64,000 bases of DNA from Candidatus Hydrogenedentota bacterium (lineage in GTDB: Bacteria; Hydrogenedentota; Hydrogenedentia; Hydrogenedentales; SLHB01). Location of the stretch: contig JARKSN010000288.1 in assembly GCA_029974275.1 (NCBI GenBank), positions 1 through 64,000 on the forward strand, read 5' to 3'. Position numbers and translations under genes: made by a program. Shown here piece by piece: positions 61,931-64,000 of this stretch (its first letter is position 1; each line of letters starts with the position of its first letter). Below the pieces are notes generated by a model. The model ran no database searches. It saw only the letters and a list, made by a program, of their open reading frames with translations, and was not told where the DNA came from.

Positions 61931-63121
61931 ATGAAAGCGATCTACTTCGACTGCTATTCGGGCGCGAGCGGCGACATGATCCTTGGCGCATTGATCGATG
62001 CGGGCGCTGATTTTCAACGCCTGCGCCAGGGGCTCGAATCGCTTAAGGTGCCAGGCTACACGATCGCGATCGAACATGTGGCGAGGAAGGGCGTCAAAGC
62101 CTGCCAATTCCGCGTCGTCATCGACGAGACCCACGTGGCGCCACATCGGCGCCTGCGCCATATCCTCGAAATCATTGACGCCGGCGATCTGCCGCAGGAA
62201 GTGAAGACGGCGGCGGCGCGCACGTTCCAGCGCATCGCGGAAGTCGAAGCGGCGATCCACGGCACGACCATCGAGAAGGTCCATTTCCACGAGATCGGCG
62301 CCATCGACTCTATCGTGGACGTTGTCGGGGCGCATTTGGCCCTGCACGACTTGGGCGTTGATCGGGTCTATGCCTCGGCATTGCACGTGGGAAGCGGGAC
62401 GGTGCAGTGCAACCACGGCTTAATGCCCGTGCCGGCGCCGGCGACCGCGGCATTGCTGGAGGGCATCCCGTGTTACGGCGGAGACGTGCCGGGCGAACTG
62501 GTTACCCCGACGGGCGCGGCGTTGCTGGCGCAGATGGCAAAGCAATTCGGCCCAATGCCCGCAATGCGCATCGCAAAAATCGGCTATGGCGGCGGCACGC
62601 GCGATCTCCAAGATCGCCCCAATGTCCTGCGGGTGCTGGTCGGCGATCTCACCGAAGAAGCCGACCCGCACGATCGCATTGTGGTCATGGAGGCCATGGT
62701 TGACGACATGCAGCCGGAGCTTTTCCCGCCGTTTATCGCGGACGTGTTGACGGCGGGCGCCCGCGACGCGTTTCTGACGCCCGTGATCGGCAAGAAAGGC
62801 CGCCCGGCGTATGTAGTCACAATCCTGTGCGATGAGGAAAAATCGAGCGACATCACGCGAGCCCTATTCCACGCCACGACCACGATTGGCGTGCGCATGC
62901 GGACCGAGCATCGCGTGTGCTTGCCGCGCGAGTTGCGCGCCGTGCGCACGCCATGGGGCGCCGTGCGCGTGAAGGTCACCATGCTGGAAGGCGAGACTCA
63001 TACGGCCGCGCCGGAATTCGAAGATTGCCGCGCGCGCGCGGAAGAGGCGAAGGCGCCGGTGCGACGCGTGTACGAGGCGGCCTTGGCCGCGGCGCTGAAG
63101 GGGGAGTTCGAGCATGAGTAA
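61931..63121 (+). CDS. larC: Nickel-pincer cofactor biosynthesis protein LarC
   Basis: YFDCYSGASGDMILGAL, HFHEIGAIDSIVD, PVPAPAT, GELVTPTGAA, PEFEDC. Confidence 0.95.
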   Translation: MKAIYFDCYSGASGDMILGALIDAGADFQRLRQGLESLKVPGYTIAIEHVARKGVKACQFRVVIDETHVAPHRRLRHILEIIDAGDLPQEVKTAAARTFQRIAEVEAAIHGTTIEKVHFHEIGAIDSIVDVVGAHLALHDLGVDRVYASALHVGSGTVQCNHGLMPVPAPATAALLEGIPCYGGDVPGELVTPTGAALLAQMAKQFGPMPAMRIAKIGYGGGTRDLQDRPNVLRVLVGDLTEEADPHDRIVVMEAMVDDMQPELFPPFIADVLTAGARDAFLTPVIGKKGRPAYVVTILCDEEKSSDITRALFHATTTIGVRMRTEHRVCLPRELRAVRTPWGAVRVKVTMLEGETHTAAPEFEDCRARAEEAKAPVRRVYEAALAAALKGEFEHE

Positions 63122-63602
63122 CCGCATCGCGATCTACCCTGGCAGTTTCGATCCGCCGACCAACGGCCATCTCGACCTGATCCATCGTGCGCACACGATG
63201 TTCAGCAAACTCATCGTGGCTGTCGCGCGCAATAACGAAAAATCCTGCTTGTTCAGCGTGGAAGAGCGCATCGACATGCTGCACGCCATCACGCCGGATC
63301 TGCCGGACATCGAAGTGACCTCGTTCAGCGGCTTGACGGCGCAGTTTGCCCGCGAGCGTGGCGCGGTCGCGCTGGTGCGCGGCTTGCGCGTCGTGTCGGA
63401 TTTCGAGTTTGAAATCACCATGGCAATCAATAACCGCAAGCTCAATCCTGATATCGATACCGTATGCCTGATGCCAAGCGAGAAATACTTGCTCTTGAGT
63501 TCACGGCTTGTGCGGGAAGTCGCCCAATACGGCGGCGATTTGTCCGATTACGTGCCGCCAATCGTAGCCGAACGCCTGCTCAATAAACTCGGGCGATCGT
63601 GA
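63114..63602 (+). CDS. coaD: Pantetheine-phosphate adenylyltransferase
   Basis: YPGSFDPPTNGH, RGLRVVSDFEFE, SSRLVREVA. Confidence 0.98.
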   Translation: MSNRIAIYPGSFDPPTNGHLDLIHRAHTMFSKLIVAVARNNEKSCLFSVEERIDMLHAITPDLPDIEVTSFSGLTAQFARERGAVALVRGLRVVSDFEFEITMAINNRKLNPDIDTVCLMPSEKYLLLSSRLVREVAQYGGDLSDYVPPIVAERLLNKLGRS

Positions 63603-63701
63603 GGAAACGGCCTCGCGCAAACGCCGGAGCAACTCGGCGGAAAATGGCGCGCGTCATTTTCCCTCGTGTCCATGGGTGAACCAGGAAGGAAAGACCCCGT
63701 T

Positions 63702-64000
63702 ATGTCGTCGCCGCGCATTCATTTGATCTGCAATGCACACCTCGATCCTATCTGGCAGTGGAGTTGGGAAGAAGGGTTGACCGAAACCCTCGCAACATTC
63801 GAAGTCGCAGCAGACTTGCTGGATGAGTATCCCGAGTTCGTGTTCAACCACAACGAGTCGCTGTTGTATGAGTGGGTGCGCGACTATCGCCCCGCCCTCT
63901 TCAAGCGCATTCAGAAATGGGTGAAGGCCGGGCGCTGGATCATCTCCGGCGGATGGTACGTGCAGCCGGACTGCAACCTGCCGTCGGGCGAGTCCTTCGT
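63702..64000 (+). CDS. GH38 alpha-mannosidase family protein (5' part, runs off the window)
   Basis: MSSPRIHLICNAHLDPIWQW...GRWIISGGWYVQPDCNLPSGES. Confidence 0.88.
   Translation, partial: MSSPRIHLICNAHLDPIWQWSWEEGLTETLATFEVAADLLDEYPEFVFNHNESLLYEWVRDYRPALFKRIQKWVKAGRWIISGGWYVQPDCNLPSGESF

Overview
GC-rich bacterial chromosomal window made mostly of core genes. The gene repertoire is suggestive of Candidatus Hydrogenedentes or a similar lineage, but that is an inference only. Left to right: a nitrosative-stress operon (hemerythrin, short hcp, Rrf2 regulator); a REC-PAS-GGDEF diguanylate cyclase; an exosortase H-like transpeptidase with a very large insertion plus its associated membrane protein; a decayed GxxExxY nuclease gene inside nested palindromic repeats; a DEAD-box helicase, dut and an M16 peptidase; a candidate sigma54-driven small RNA; GH4 plus MFS transporter; greA-carB; HU-tatC-tatB-TMTC-like glycosyltransferase; hisI-trpE-trpG; a pair of putative beta-propeller proteins; ffh-rpsP-khpA-rimM-trmD-rplS-rnhB; mntP; tRNA-Ser(CGA); a GH115-like protein; a U32 protein; M23 peptidase-bactofilin; sufBCDSU; zwf-pgl; an exopolysaccharide cluster; cysS-larC-coaD; and a partial GH38. 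Three separate families of intergenic palindromic repeats occur. The most interesting signals are the GxxExxY-associated repeat system (which has ORF-less copies inside the suf operon), the sigma54 sRNA candidate and the insertion-bearing exosortase module. No CRISPR array, integrase, transposase or prophage was seen. Start codons were chosen by eye and are approximate.
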